64,000 nt of DNA from Candidatus Onstottus arcticum (GTDB lineage Bacteria; Acidobacteriota; Blastocatellia; UBA7656). Within the stretch, counting starts at the first letter, position 1; each line of letters opens with the position of its first letter. This document shows positions 30,905 to 40,132 of the stretch, piece after piece. The notes beneath the pieces are model-generated. The model made no database searches and had not been told where the DNA came from. It saw nothing but the letters and a program-made list of their open reading frames with translations. Both the position numbers and the translations under genes were made by a program. The stretch covers positions 84,209-148,208 of the forward strand of contig JBBPIE010000013.1 in assembly GCA_038040485.1 (NCBI GenBank), in the 5' to 3' direction.

Positions 30905-31654
30905 GTGAACAGGGATCTGATCAAACAGCTTCTCGAAGACGCGCGCGCGGGGCGCATCGACATCGACGAAGCCGCCGACAAACTCGCTCACTTGCCATAC
31001 GAAAACATCGAGTTCGCTCGCGTGGATCATCATCGCGAACTGCGACTCGGATTCCCCGAAGTCATATTGGGTCAGGGCAAAACCATCGATCAAATCGCAC
31101 ACATCGCGGACCGCATCCTCAACCAAAGTTCGAATCTGCTGATCTCGCGAACCACCCAAGAAGTCTTCGAACGAATCTCGCAGCTTGCACCGGACGCCGA
31201 GTTTCATCCCGAGGCGCGAATGATCTCAGTTGCGCGCGATAAGACCGAACGCGGCGACGGAGCTATCGCGGTCATTTCGGCAGGCACGTCCGATATTCCG
31301 GTGGCCGAAGAAGCCGCTGTGACTGCGACAGCGATGGGAAATAGAGTCTCCCGCGTGTACGACGTAGGCGTGGCCGGCATCCATCGATTGCTGGACGCGC
31401 GCAATGATTTCGCTTCGGCTCGAGTGATCGTCGTCGTAGCCGGAATGGAAGGCGCGCTGCCTTCGGTTGTTGGAGGGATGGTTTCAGTTCCGGTGATCGC
31501 AGTGCCCACGAGCGTCGGCTACGGCGCTTCGTTCAACGGGATAGCAGCGCTGTTGGGGATGTTGAACTCGTGCGCTTCGAACGTGACTGTTGTGAACATC
31601 GACAACGGCTTCGGCGCAGGGTTCGTCGCCAGTTTGATCAATCGAAAGAGGTAG
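30905..31654 (+). CDS. larB: PurE-like AIR carboxylase family protein (LarB-type nickel-pincer cofactor biosynthesis)
   Basis: C-terminal PurE-like fold (AVISAGTSD...[15 protein letters not shown]) with the N-terminal extension typical of LarB. Confidence 0.7.
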   Translation: MNRDLIKQLLEDARAGRIDIDEAADKLAHLPYENIEFARVDHHRELRLGFPEVILGQGKTIDQIAHIADRILNQSSNLLISRTTQEVFERISQLAPDAEFHPEARMISVARDKTERGDGAIAVISAGTSDIPVAEEAAVTATAMGNRVSRVYDVGVAGIHRLLDARNDFASARVIVVVAGMEGALPSVVGGMVSVPVIAVPTSVGYGASFNGIAALLGMLNSCASNVTVVNIDNGFGAGFVASLINRKR

Positions 31655-31658
31655 GGAT

Positions 31659-31790
31659 GTCTTTGTCCCTTGTCCCTTGTCCTTTGTCTCTTGTCCTTTG
31701 TCTCTTGTCCTTTGCCTCCCGTTATTTGTCCTTTCTGTCCTTTTCGTCCTTTTAGCCAGTGACCAAGGACTAAGGACAAGGGACTAATGA
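31659..31790. repeat. Tandem heptamer array (TTGTCCY/TTGTCTC, about 10 units) with downstream inverted copy GGACTAAGGACAAGGGAC, between convergent larB and yqeY
   Basis: Direct reading; inverted arms at 31665-31682 and 31767-31784. Confidence 0.75.
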
Positions 31791-31797
31791 CAAATGA

Positions 31798-32277
31798 CTA
31801 TTGACCAGATAGCTTCGCCTTCACCAGATCGCTGAGCGCTTTTCCATCGACTGTTTTTCCTTCAAGCTTCGAGCGTACGACCTTCATCATTGCGCCCATG
31901 TCTTTCATGGAAGCCGCGCCGGTCTCCGCTATGGCCTGTACAACCGCAGCGGTCATTTCTTCTTCGCTTGCCGAAGCAGGAAGGTAAGTCTGAATGATCC
32001 GCGCTTCGTTTTCTTCCTTGACGGCAAGGTCTTCCCGGTTGGCTGCTCTGTACTGTTCGGCCGCGTCACGCCGCTGCTTCAAGATCGTGTTCAGCACGCG
32101 CGCCGCTTCGGTGTCATCGACTCCCGCGGGCAGCTCGGACTGGCGCATCGTAAGCGCAGTCTTCACCATTCGAAGCGCGCTGAGCCGCTCTGCTTCTTTC
32201 GCTTTCATCGCCTCGATGATGTCGCGGCTGATTTGTTCAACGATCGGCATGTGCCGGCGCCTCGCTTTGGGATTCAA
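31798..32277 (-). CDS. yqeY: GatB/YqeY-domain protein
   Basis: Collinear match to the GatB/YqeY family. Confidence 0.75.
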   Translation of the reverse strand: MNPKARRRHMPIVEQISRDIIEAMKAKEAERLSALRMVKTALTMRQSELPAGVDDTEAARVLNTILKQRRDAAEQYRAANREDLAVKEENEARIIQTYLPASASEEEMTAAVVQAIAETGAASMKDMGAMMKVVRSKLEGKTVDGKALSDLVKAKLSGQ

Positions 32278-32810
32278 GCTTCGTGACCGAGTTGTCTGCT
32301 CTTTTCGACTGGAGCTCCGGCCTCCAACCAGTCACCGCACTCTTCGGACTCATTGATCGGATTTGCCCAAACCAGAACTCCCAATTCTCTTACCTGACTG
32401 GCTGCTGCCGCAAACGCTCTTCGCGCCGTTTCGTCCAATGAAACAACGATTCCGTCGGCATCTAACGCCGCCTCGATTAGGTGAAAGTCCTTCTCTGCAG
32501 CCTGTTGATCTTTCTTCTTGGTAGTAGTCTTGAGGATCCTCGCCCTCAGACTTGCGTTTTGGGCGGGGTCAATTCTCTTTAGCTTTTTCCGCGCGACCAT
32601 CGAAACTCGCCAAGTGCGTGCGAAGTTCGACTGGTGCCTGTCCCATTCTTCGGTGAGTTCGGCAGACATCACGATTCGGTGGCATATTGTAAGAACTGCC
32701 ATTAGGAAGTCTCGGCAATCCTTCGACGCCGGGAACGTCGCATCAGGACCGCCAGAGGACCTTGCCACAGACGCATCAATTACAAGCCTCCGTGACGTCG
32801 GTTTTGCCAT
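32274..32810 (-). CDS. Hypothetical protein, possibly PIN-like nuclease; partner of the upstream AAA ATPase
   Basis: N-terminal RLVIDASVA resembles the PIN beta1-Asp; operon position (4-bp overlap downstream, 3-bp gap upstream). Confidence 0.3.
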   Translation of the reverse strand: MAKPTSRRLVIDASVARSSGGPDATFPASKDCRDFLMAVLTICHRIVMSAELTEEWDRHQSNFARTWRVSMVARKKLKRIDPAQNASLRARILKTTTKKKDQQAAEKDFHLIEAALDADGIVVSLDETARRAFAAAASQVRELGVLVWANPINESEECGDWLEAGAPVEKSRQLGHEA

Positions 32811-32813
32811 TCA

Positions 32814-34145
32814 CTAATCTATCGAACGCGGTTCGGCTGCGTCCAAGTATCCTTGTTCCGCTTGTAGACGAACGTCGCCGAAGTCCTCAGGCCACGCGCC
32901 GAATGCGCCTGCTTCATCGAGGGTCGAGCTTGTAATCCTGGTGGTGCCATCAGCTATTCGGCTGAACCAGTGAAGCGCGACTGAGTTCCCCGCGAGTTCG
33001 CCCTCTGCCACAAGGGTTTGAATACCTAGTATGAGAAGCTCACTGTGCGTTTCAGCAACCACTCGCACTCCTCGATTCGCTGCGCTTGCGAGCACTTGAG
33101 CCATCGCCGACTGTGCCCGAGGGTGAAGATGGGTTTCGGGCTGCTCGATGTAGACGAGTTGGCCTGGCCCTGCTGCATGAAGTGCCACAAGAACAGGAAG
33201 AGTTTGGGAAACACCAAAGCCCACATCAGCAATGTTCACCAAATCACGCGCTCCGCCTCTGGCAACGACGGGAAGTCGTCCAACTTGGAGTTCTACCTTT
33301 GTATCGTCTGTCCGCTTTGCGCTCACCTTCCGGGTTAGTCCGAGCAAAGCCAAGTCCTTACCGAGAGCATTAAGCCGAGACTCGTCGCGCTCATCCTGCC
33401 AGCGTGCGATAACACTCGCAGCATATTTTTCGAACGTTCCTGGGAACAAGGGGCCAGCCGCTGCAACCGGATAGGTTCTTTCTGGATTCCCGCGCAAGCC
33501 CGGTAGATGAGTCAGACGAATCAACGAATCCTCCAGCCAGTCGGCGTAAGAGAGGCGGAGGAAATTATTGGATCCCGCAGTTCCAACCTCGAGAAAAAAC
33601 CGGTTACGGGTGATGGCTAATGGCACTTTCAGTCTTGTGAGGAAGACCTGGTTGAATATCTGTTGAGACGCGGAGGGGGTTGGCAGCGATCTAATTTCAC
33701 GATCGGCCATTCGTGGGGAAAGCGTGACTTCCTCTTGTCCGGCAGTGTAGGTTGCAGACTGGATCGCAACCCCTCTTTTAGCATCCCGTTCAAAAGTCGT
33801 GCAGAACCTTCGCCCATCGTCGATTTCAACCTCGATACGAAATGACTTGGCGAGACTCTCGCTATTCCGCGAGAAAAGCTGTACGGCGGAGTTGAATCTG
33901 ACGTTCGGACCGTCCAGAAGAAGCGGGCCCGGGTCGTAGGTGGCCTCTAGTGTTTGCTTCAACAAGAGTAGCGGTTGCATGATGCTCGATTTTCCCGAGC
34001 TGTTCGCCCCCGCCAGAATAGTAAGCGGCTTGATGTCGATGTGCTGTGGTGTGCTGATGGACTTAAAACCGCCGACGGTGATCCGAGTGATTACTCCTTC
34101 ATTGCCCGTCGTGCCGGTTCGATGGCTTTTGGACCGTTTGGCCAT
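32814..34145 (-). CDS. AAA_21/AAA_15-type (ABC/OLD-like) ATPase
   Basis: Walker A GANSSGKSS; Q-loop, signature and Walker B region LVYIEQPETHLHP; H-loop ETHS; short C-terminal domain similar to DUF3696. Confidence 0.65.
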   Translation of the reverse strand: MAKRSKSHRTGTTGNEGVITRITVGGFKSISTPQHIDIKPLTILAGANSSGKSSIMQPLLLLKQTLEATYDPGPLLLDGPNVRFNSAVQLFSRNSESLAKSFRIEVEIDDGRRFCTTFERDAKRGVAIQSATYTAGQEEVTLSPRMADREIRSLPTPSASQQIFNQVFLTRLKVPLAITRNRFFLEVGTAGSNNFLRLSYADWLEDSLIRLTHLPGLRGNPERTYPVAAAGPLFPGTFEKYAASVIARWQDERDESRLNALGKDLALLGLTRKVSAKRTDDTKVELQVGRLPVVARGGARDLVNIADVGFGVSQTLPVLVALHAAGPGQLVYIEQPETHLHPRAQSAMAQVLASAANRGVRVVAETHSELLILGIQTLVAEGELAGNSVALHWFSRIADGTTRITSSTLDEAGAFGAWPEDFGDVRLQAEQGYLDAAEPRSID

Positions 34146-34284
34146 CAGTCATTTCTCCCTTAGATGACAGCAAGGTAAAGATGACAAGCATACTCAGAAC
34201 GACAGATCGTCGCAAAACCATTTCTATGCTCGGTTCACATTATCGGATCATTACAAGACTGGAAATTGGTGCTGCGGATAGCTT

Positions 34285-36600
34285 TTATCCCGTCTTGCCG
34301 GGTCCGTTGGTTCGGCCTCGCGTTTTTTCCTGCTCCTTGTGCTCGAGATTGTAGAAGTCCAGCATGACATCGCTCTCGCCTCGCAAGTCCCGCTCGAGCC
34401 GGTTTAGCGCGACTCGAACCACGTCGCGGTGATGAACTTTGCGGCGGCTGGGAATGTTGGAAACCTGAATCCATAACTTGTGAATCAAGTTGACGTCGTC
34501 CTCACTGAGGTGCGGCGCGTGAGCTCCCAGATAGACAACGTGCTCGCCTCCGTTGGGCTCGATGACCTTGAAGGCAACCTGGCGGCGGGGCTTCTCGGGC
34601 AGCCGCTCCCACGCGCGCCCAAGCTCGCGAGCCTGCTCCTGCGCGGTCATCTTCGACGACAGACCGGCAACCACTTCCGCCGAGTCCAGCCGCAAAGCCG
34701 TCTGCGTAACCGCGTCGAAGATGTTCGTAGCCGGCACTATAAGCAGGTCAACCGGTCTGCCGTGCTTCTCCGCAAGCGCAACCACCCGCGTAAACAATCG
34801 CTGTTCGTATTCGGTGAACAGCGTTTCGTCCGACAGGTCGCGCTCGCCGCCTCCCGGTCCAGCGAGCAGCCGCGTCGTCATCACAATGATGTCCCGTTCG
34901 TCGGTGTTGGTCTTCTCCAGCACATATTCGAGGTGATCGAGCGTGTTGTAGTCGCGGACTCCGACCAGCACGTTGCCCGGCCGCGCGCCTACCGCGGCAA
35001 GATCGATCGTCTCGTTATGTTGAAGCTGGAACTGGTCGAGCTTGCCAAGCGTCTTGTCGAGCTTGCGCAGGTTGATGCGCTCCGAGATCGTAAAGATCGT
35101 GAAGAACGCCCCGGTGAAAACAATTCCCGAGATCGTGGCTATCGGCTTGGTCAAGAGATTCGTCAACGCAAGCGAGACGAGGACCAGTGCGATAGTCACC
35201 AGCCCCATCGGGACCTCGACTCGCCCGATGCGAATGTTGCCGGGCACTCTCCATTCGCGCTCCTCAGGCCGCTTGAAGCGAAGCACGACCGTAGCAATCG
35301 CGTTGAACGAAAAGCTCCAGATTACGCCGAACGCGTAAGCTTCGCCGAGGAGGAACGTGTTCCCTCGCGACAAGATGATCGTGGCGATCTGAAGAATAGC
35401 GATCAGGTTGATCGTTCGATAGGTCGTTCCGTATTTTTTTTGAGGCGCGCGGAACCATTCGGTCAGCACCCCGTCTTCCGACACGCGATTCAGCACGCCG
35501 TTCGAACCGATGATCGCAGTATTGACCGCGCCTGACAGCATCAGGAATCCGACGATCACCACGAATCCCTGAAACAGCAGGCGGAGCGATTCCGGTCCGA
35601 CGAAGTTCATCGCCAACCCCGAGATCAGGTTCGAGAGGTACTGCGTCCGCTTGTCGTCGGGGATGATAGCGACTGCGAAGAACGAAACGAGCGATGTGAA
35701 CAGCAGCGAGTAGACGAAGATTACCATCCCCGCCTTTTTCAAGTTTTTGAGCTTGGGATACTCGAGTTCGCGGTTCACTTGGGCAAGCGTCTCTTCGCCG
35801 CTCATCGCAAGCACCGAGTGTCCAAACGCGATCAATATGCCGAGCAGCCCGATGAAGCTCGGCGCGTTATCTGCGATCGTGTATCGGTCGCCGCTTGGAA
35901 CAAACCATCGCAAGCCTTGAAGCCAGCCAAGCGCGTGTTCAGGAGCACCGGAGAAATTTAGATTCGATGGAACAGGCAGCGGCGGCATCTGGCCGCCGCG
36001 CATGATCAACGTCAAAGTTCCCCACCCGATCAGCAGCACGACCATCACAGTCGTGACGTACATGATGCGCATCGCGTCGTCGCTGGACTCGTGCACGCCT
36101 TTGATGTTGCGCCACCAGAAATAACAAGTTGCCAGTATCCCGATAACCGCAGCCAGATAGTTGGCATTGTCGGTTGATGGCTGCCACGTGTAGCCGAAGT
36201 ATGTGACCGTGTTGGCAACCAGCGCCACGACATATTGGCCTGCTGCGACGCCTGATATCGGACCCGTCAGGATGAAATCGAAGATCAGCGCCGAGACGCT
36301 GAGCTTCGCCATCGTTCCGCCCATCGCCTCCTTCACGACCCGGTACACGCCCCCACGAGTGAACATCGACGACGACTCGATGTACACCATTCGCACGGCA
36401 TAGCTGAACAGCATCACTCCAAGGATGAACCATGGCGCGGACTTGCCTATGTACTGCTCGGCAAGTCCTCCGGCGTAAAACGCCGATGATCCGAGGTCGT
36501 TGAGTACGATCGCCGCAGCCTTCCAAAACGAGATAAAAGAGAGCATGACCGAGGTGGCTACGACGACGCGCACTCGGGTGGGAGTTGTAGGGATTGGCAT
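34285..36600 (-). CDS. APC-family amino-acid permease fused to a C-terminal universal stress protein (UspA)-like domain
   Basis: About 12 TM segments in the first roughly 480 aa; C-terminal alpha/beta region with a UspA-like pattern. Confidence 0.7.
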   Translation of the reverse strand: MPIPTTPTRVRVVVATSVMLSFISFWKAAAIVLNDLGSSAFYAGGLAEQYIGKSAPWFILGVMLFSYAVRMVYIESSSMFTRGGVYRVVKEAMGGTMAKLSVSALIFDFILTGPISGVAAGQYVVALVANTVTYFGYTWQPSTDNANYLAAVIGILATCYFWWRNIKGVHESSDDAMRIMYVTTVMVVLLIGWGTLTLIMRGGQMPPLPVPSNLNFSGAPEHALGWLQGLRWFVPSGDRYTIADNAPSFIGLLGILIAFGHSVLAMSGEETLAQVNRELEYPKLKNLKKAGMVIFVYSLLFTSLVSFFAVAIIPDDKRTQYLSNLISGLAMNFVGPESLRLLFQGFVVIVGFLMLSGAVNTAIIGSNGVLNRVSEDGVLTEWFRAPQKKYGTTYRTINLIAILQIATIILSRGNTFLLGEAYAFGVIWSFSFNAIATVVLRFKRPEEREWRVPGNIRIGRVEVPMGLVTIALVLVSLALTNLLTKPIATISGIVFTGAFFTIFTISERINLRKLDKTLGKLDQFQLQHNETIDLAAVGARPGNVLVGVRDYNTLDHLEYVLEKTNTDERDIIVMTTRLLAGPGGGERDLSDETLFTEYEQRLFTRVVALAEKHGRPVDLLIVPATNIFDAVTQTALRLDSAEVVAGLSSKMTAQEQARELGRAWERLPEKPRRQVAFKVIEPNGGEHVVYLGAHAPHLSEDDVNLIHKLWIQVSNIPSRRKVHHRDVVRVALNRLERDLRGESDVMLDFYNLEHKEQEKTRGRTNGPGKTG

Positions 36601-36824
36601 GTGACTTTGCGTGAACGCTCGCCTCTCCGCTCGGCCTGAGCTACCCTCGCTCGCGCGAATTCACATCGAATGTACAGGCACTCTTCTCCGAGCCTTTCAT
36701 TTTCACCTTGCATTCGATTGTCTTTGGAAATTCCACAGGTCGGCGGTTCAGCGAGTTCATGTCTAACCGATAGGATACGCCCAAGCATATTGTTGTCAAG
36801 CTAAGCGACTCTCGGGTAGCAGAT

Positions 36825-36945
36825 CAGTTTGAGTTTAGAGTCCCTTGGGAGCGCAGGCATCCCCGCCTGCTGATAGGTGTTGCGCGAGAGCAGGTAGGCA
36901 GGGACGCCCTGCGCTCCCGGGGGACTCTGAACTCAAACAGACCCA
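36825..36945. repeat. Long imperfect palindrome made of two inverted copies of a REP-like unit (GGGAGCGCAGGCATCCCCGCCTGCTG), in a divergent promoter region
   Basis: Arms at about 36825-36878 and 36888-36940; each unit itself contains a 7-bp hairpin GCAGGCA-TCCC-TGCCTGC. Confidence 0.75.
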
Positions 36946-37012
36946 CTACCCGCTCCCAGTCTGTCATTTTCGACCACTCGACGCTAATATACTCCGCCAG
37001 AACCTCGATACG

Positions 37013-37873
37013 ATGCTCGTTGAAAAAATCACAAGCCGGCAGAACCCGCTAGTCAAACGTTTCCGTCGCGTCCGCGTGGGAACCGAGCGCCAGTTTGTTT
37101 TTCTCGAAGGAGTGCGCTTGATCGAGGACGCGCTGCTGTCGGGCGCGCGCTTCGAAACGGTAGCGTTCACCTCGGCCATCGAGTCCACCGAGCGCGGCAT
37201 CGCGCTGCTCGACTCGCTTCAGCAAGTCCCCTGCCGCGGCGCTCACCTGTCTGCTCAGGTGATGGAAGCCATAACCGGCGCCGTTGCGGATCAAGGCGTC
37301 GCGGCGATCGTCAGCCGCCCGCACTATGACCTCGTAAATGTGTTTGCGAACGGGCCGACGCTTCTGGTGATTGCCGACCGTCTCCAAGACCCCGGCAACC
37401 TGGGCACGATCATCCGTACAGCGGAAGCGGCGGGCGCGGACGCCGTGATCACTACTCACTACACGGTTGAGCCTTGGAATGACAAAGCGCTTCGAGCATC
37501 GATGGGCGCCGCGCTTCGATTGCCGATCGTGACCGGAGTCAGTCTCGACGAACTCGCGCCGCTGTGCCGCTTGCACAAGATCAAGATCGTCGCTTCACGC
37601 CCGTCTTTGCCGCCTCAGCGCGGAGTTAGAAAAGCGCGCGCGGAAAAAAGGCCGCTGACCTACACGGAGGCGAACTTCACGTCGCCGGTCGCGCTCATTC
37701 TCAACAAGGAATCGAGCGGCGCCGAAGAAGCGACCGCCGTTGTCGCCGATGAGTTCGTCAGCATACCAATGGCCGCGGGCGTCGAGTCGCTCAACGTCGC
37801 AGCGGCCGCAGCCGTCCTGCTCTACGAAATAGCCCGCCAGCGCAACTTCTTTGCCGCCGCGCCCCGCCGCTGA
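37013..37873 (+). CDS. SpoU/TrmH-family RNA 2'-O-methyltransferase
   Basis: SPOUT-fold motifs (LVIADRLQDPGNLGTIIRTAEAAGA; C-terminal LNVAAAAAVLLYE). Start set at ATG 37013; the track ORF starting at 36845 runs through the palindrome. Confidence 0.75.
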   Translation: MLVEKITSRQNPLVKRFRRVRVGTERQFVFLEGVRLIEDALLSGARFETVAFTSAIESTERGIALLDSLQQVPCRGAHLSAQVMEAITGAVADQGVAAIVSRPHYDLVNVFANGPTLLVIADRLQDPGNLGTIIRTAEAAGADAVITTHYTVEPWNDKALRASMGAALRLPIVTGVSLDELAPLCRLHKIKIVASRPSLPPQRGVRKARAEKRPLTYTEANFTSPVALILNKESSGAEEATAVVADEFVSIPMAAGVESLNVAAAAAVLLYEIARQRNFFAAAPRR

Positions 37874-37917
37874 CTATAATCGATTGTTCAGAGGCGCTCG
37901 GGAAAACGGTTACCGAA

Positions 37918-39057
37918 ATGGCTCACGACTCCGAAACAGTTCCAAGCTACCTGCAATCCGAAGTCGAGCGCGGCACCTTCCCCGGCGCGCAGTACGTGAT
38001 CGGAGAAGCCGGGAATATCGCCGCTGAAGGCGCCGTGGGGCTTGCGGTCGCCGAGCCCGAACGCATTCCTGCAACACTCGACACAATCTACGATCTTGCG
38101 TCACTGACCAAGCCGCTGGTGACTGCCTTGCTGATCGTGAAGTCTGCCGAGCGAGGATTGATCGACCTTAAAGCTCCAGCAGCGGAATATGTCAGCGAGC
38201 TTAATGTAGACGGCAAGCGGCACCTCACCGTCGAGCAACTGCTTACGCACGTATCGGGATTCCCGAACTGGCGGCCGATTTATCTGGAGGCCAGAGACCG
38301 CGGCGACGTCGCGGCCGCGCTGGCTCGGATTCAAACGCCGAGCCCGGCGCAGCTCCTGTATAGCGACTTGAACTATGTCCTGCTTGGCATCTTGCTCGAG
38401 CGAATCACCGGCGAGCGGCTGGACCGGCTTGGCGAGCGAGAGATATTCGAACCACTCAATTTGAAACGAACAATGTTCAATCCTCCGGGCGAGCTGAGAC
38501 GCGAGATTGCCGCGACAGAGTGCGGGCAGGTCTTCGAGCACGGAAACGCCGACGCGGATCTGGCGGCGCACGGCCAGTTCGAAGCCGGACTTCGAGTTCC
38601 CCCACCCGAAGCATACCGATGGCGCGACAAGGTGATCTGGGGCGAAGTTCACGATGGCAACGCGTATTTTATGGGCGGAGTGGCGGGACACGCAGGTTTG
38701 TTCTCAACGGCTCGCGAGGTGTTTCGGATTGCGAATCAGTTTCTTACGGGCAGCAAACTCTTCAAGCCTGAAACGCTGCCGCTTTTCCGAACGGACTTCA
38801 CACCCGGGCAGGACACGGCCAGATCCCTGGGGTGGATACTGGCGGCGACGCCTGATTGTTCGGCCGGGCCTTCGTTGCTTCCGGCTGGGATGGGTCACAA
38901 CGGCTTTACGGGCGGAAGCGTATGGATGCAGCCGGATAAACAGCGCGTGTTGATTCTTCTGACCAACCGCGTTCACCCGACAGTGCACGCAATCGATATG
39001 AAGACGATAAGACAGCGATTCAACAGCCTCGCGATTCAAGCGCTGGATCGTTTCTAG
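37918..39057 (+). CDS. Serine hydrolase of the beta-lactamase/class-C-related esterase family
   Basis: S-x-x-K motif (ASLTKPL), YSD...N region and HxG near the C-terminus. Confidence 0.75.
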   Translation: MAHDSETVPSYLQSEVERGTFPGAQYVIGEAGNIAAEGAVGLAVAEPERIPATLDTIYDLASLTKPLVTALLIVKSAERGLIDLKAPAAEYVSELNVDGKRHLTVEQLLTHVSGFPNWRPIYLEARDRGDVAAALARIQTPSPAQLLYSDLNYVLLGILLERITGERLDRLGEREIFEPLNLKRTMFNPPGELRREIAATECGQVFEHGNADADLAAHGQFEAGLRVPPPEAYRWRDKVIWGEVHDGNAYFMGGVAGHAGLFSTAREVFRIANQFLTGSKLFKPETLPLFRTDFTPGQDTARSLGWILAATPDCSAGPSLLPAGMGHNGFTGGSVWMQPDKQRVLILLTNRVHPTVHAIDMKTIRQRFNSLAIQALDRF

Positions 39058-39133
39058 TTTCTGGTTTCTAGTTTCTGGTTTCTGGTTCCGATGTTGCACC
39101 AACCAGCAACCAGAAACCAGAAACTAGAAACCG
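39046..39133. repeat. Hairpin with a roughly 26-bp stem built from tandem GTTTCTRG heptamers, overlapping the stop codon of the upstream gene
   Basis: gtttctagtttctggtttctagtttctggtttctggtt ... aaccagaaaccagaaactagaaaccgg; same unit family as the element at 49520-49621. Confidence 0.8.
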
Positions 39134-39136
39134 GTT

Positions 39137-40123
39137 TTGGTTGAAGTGCTAAAGACGTTAGACAAATACATCGTCGAAGAACCAGCTCCGAGCGGTTGGC
39201 TGCAATCGGTTGGCGCGCGCGCCGGCCGCGATCCCCGCTTCAACAAACTGCTGGCGTTTTCGCTGATCGCGCACGTCCTCTTTTACGCTGCATTGATCAA
39301 GCTCGACTCTTGGGCTATTCAACGGGCAATCGCTCAAGGCAAGCGCCAACCCGAGCTTGTTCAGCTCATCGAACTTGCGCCGCCGCGCGACCAGGTGCCG
39401 CTTCGAACCGCCCCCGAGCCGCTGGAACGCGCGGACGTCAATCACCTTCGTTTTGATCCCAAAACGGCGAATGATCTTCAGTTGCTGGCGCGCTCTCCCA
39501 AACCATCCGAGCAGAAAGGCGCGCACGGCAAGCTCCCATCCGCCGATCAAATCGAACGCCGGATGCGAGCCGCGCGTGGAGCGGCCGGCCGCGAGTCGGC
39601 GCCATCAAACTCATCCGGCCAGGCTACGGCGACTTCAGGACTTCAAGCCGGCGGCGTCGCTCAACCCGAACCGGTGACTCAGTCGCCTTCGCCGCAGCCT
39701 GCGCCCGTCACTCCCGCTGCGCCGAAGCTCGATCCGAATGCGGGTGTCATCGGCCCGCGCGAGCAGGCTTCGTCGGGCACGCACCGGGGCGAGAGTTCTC
39801 AGTCGACCGCGCTTGCGCTCCAGGCAGCCGAAGGCCAGTACATGGCTTACGTGCGAGCCAAGATCCGAAAAGCGAACGAGCGCATCATGCCGCGCGACTG
39901 GATAAAAGACATGCTGAGCGACAAGGTCTCGGCGGACTTTTCGGTTGTGGTCAGGCGCGATGGCAACATCCTGTCGACTCGGCTGCTTCGTTCGACTGGC
40001 TACTCAGTTCTTGACGATTCCGCAAGACAAGCTATATTTACAGCGAGCCCCTACGAGGGTTTTCCGCAGGACGCAGGCAACTCCCTCATCTTCACCATAA
40101 CGGTTTACTTCTTCACGTTGTAA
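39137..40123 (+). CDS. TonB-like energy transducer (N-terminal TM anchor, Pro/Ala-rich linker, C-terminal TonB_C-like domain)
   Basis: Domain order and composition; start codon uncertain (TTG at 39137). Confidence 0.4.
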   Translation: MVEVLKTLDKYIVEEPAPSGWLQSVGARAGRDPRFNKLLAFSLIAHVLFYAALIKLDSWAIQRAIAQGKRQPELVQLIELAPPRDQVPLRTAPEPLERADVNHLRFDPKTANDLQLLARSPKPSEQKGAHGKLPSADQIERRMRAARGAAGRESAPSNSSGQATATSGLQAGGVAQPEPVTQSPSPQPAPVTPAAPKLDPNAGVIGPREQASSGTHRGESSQSTALALQAAEGQYMAYVRAKIRKANERIMPRDWIKDMLSDKVSADFSVVVRRDGNILSTRLLRSTGYSVLDDSARQAIFTASPYEGFPQDAGNSLIFTITVYFFTL

Positions 40124-40132
40124 CGAGCTTCT

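Noticed and set aside
34480-35535. 351-aa plus-strand ORF
   Set aside because: Antisense to the APC-transporter gene. The translation is Arg-rich and not transporter-like.
36845-37012. Upstream extension of the trmH-family ORF (track start 36845)
   Set aside because: The extra 56 codons run through the REP-like palindrome and encode low-complexity sequence. The SPOUT domain begins after the ATG at 37013.
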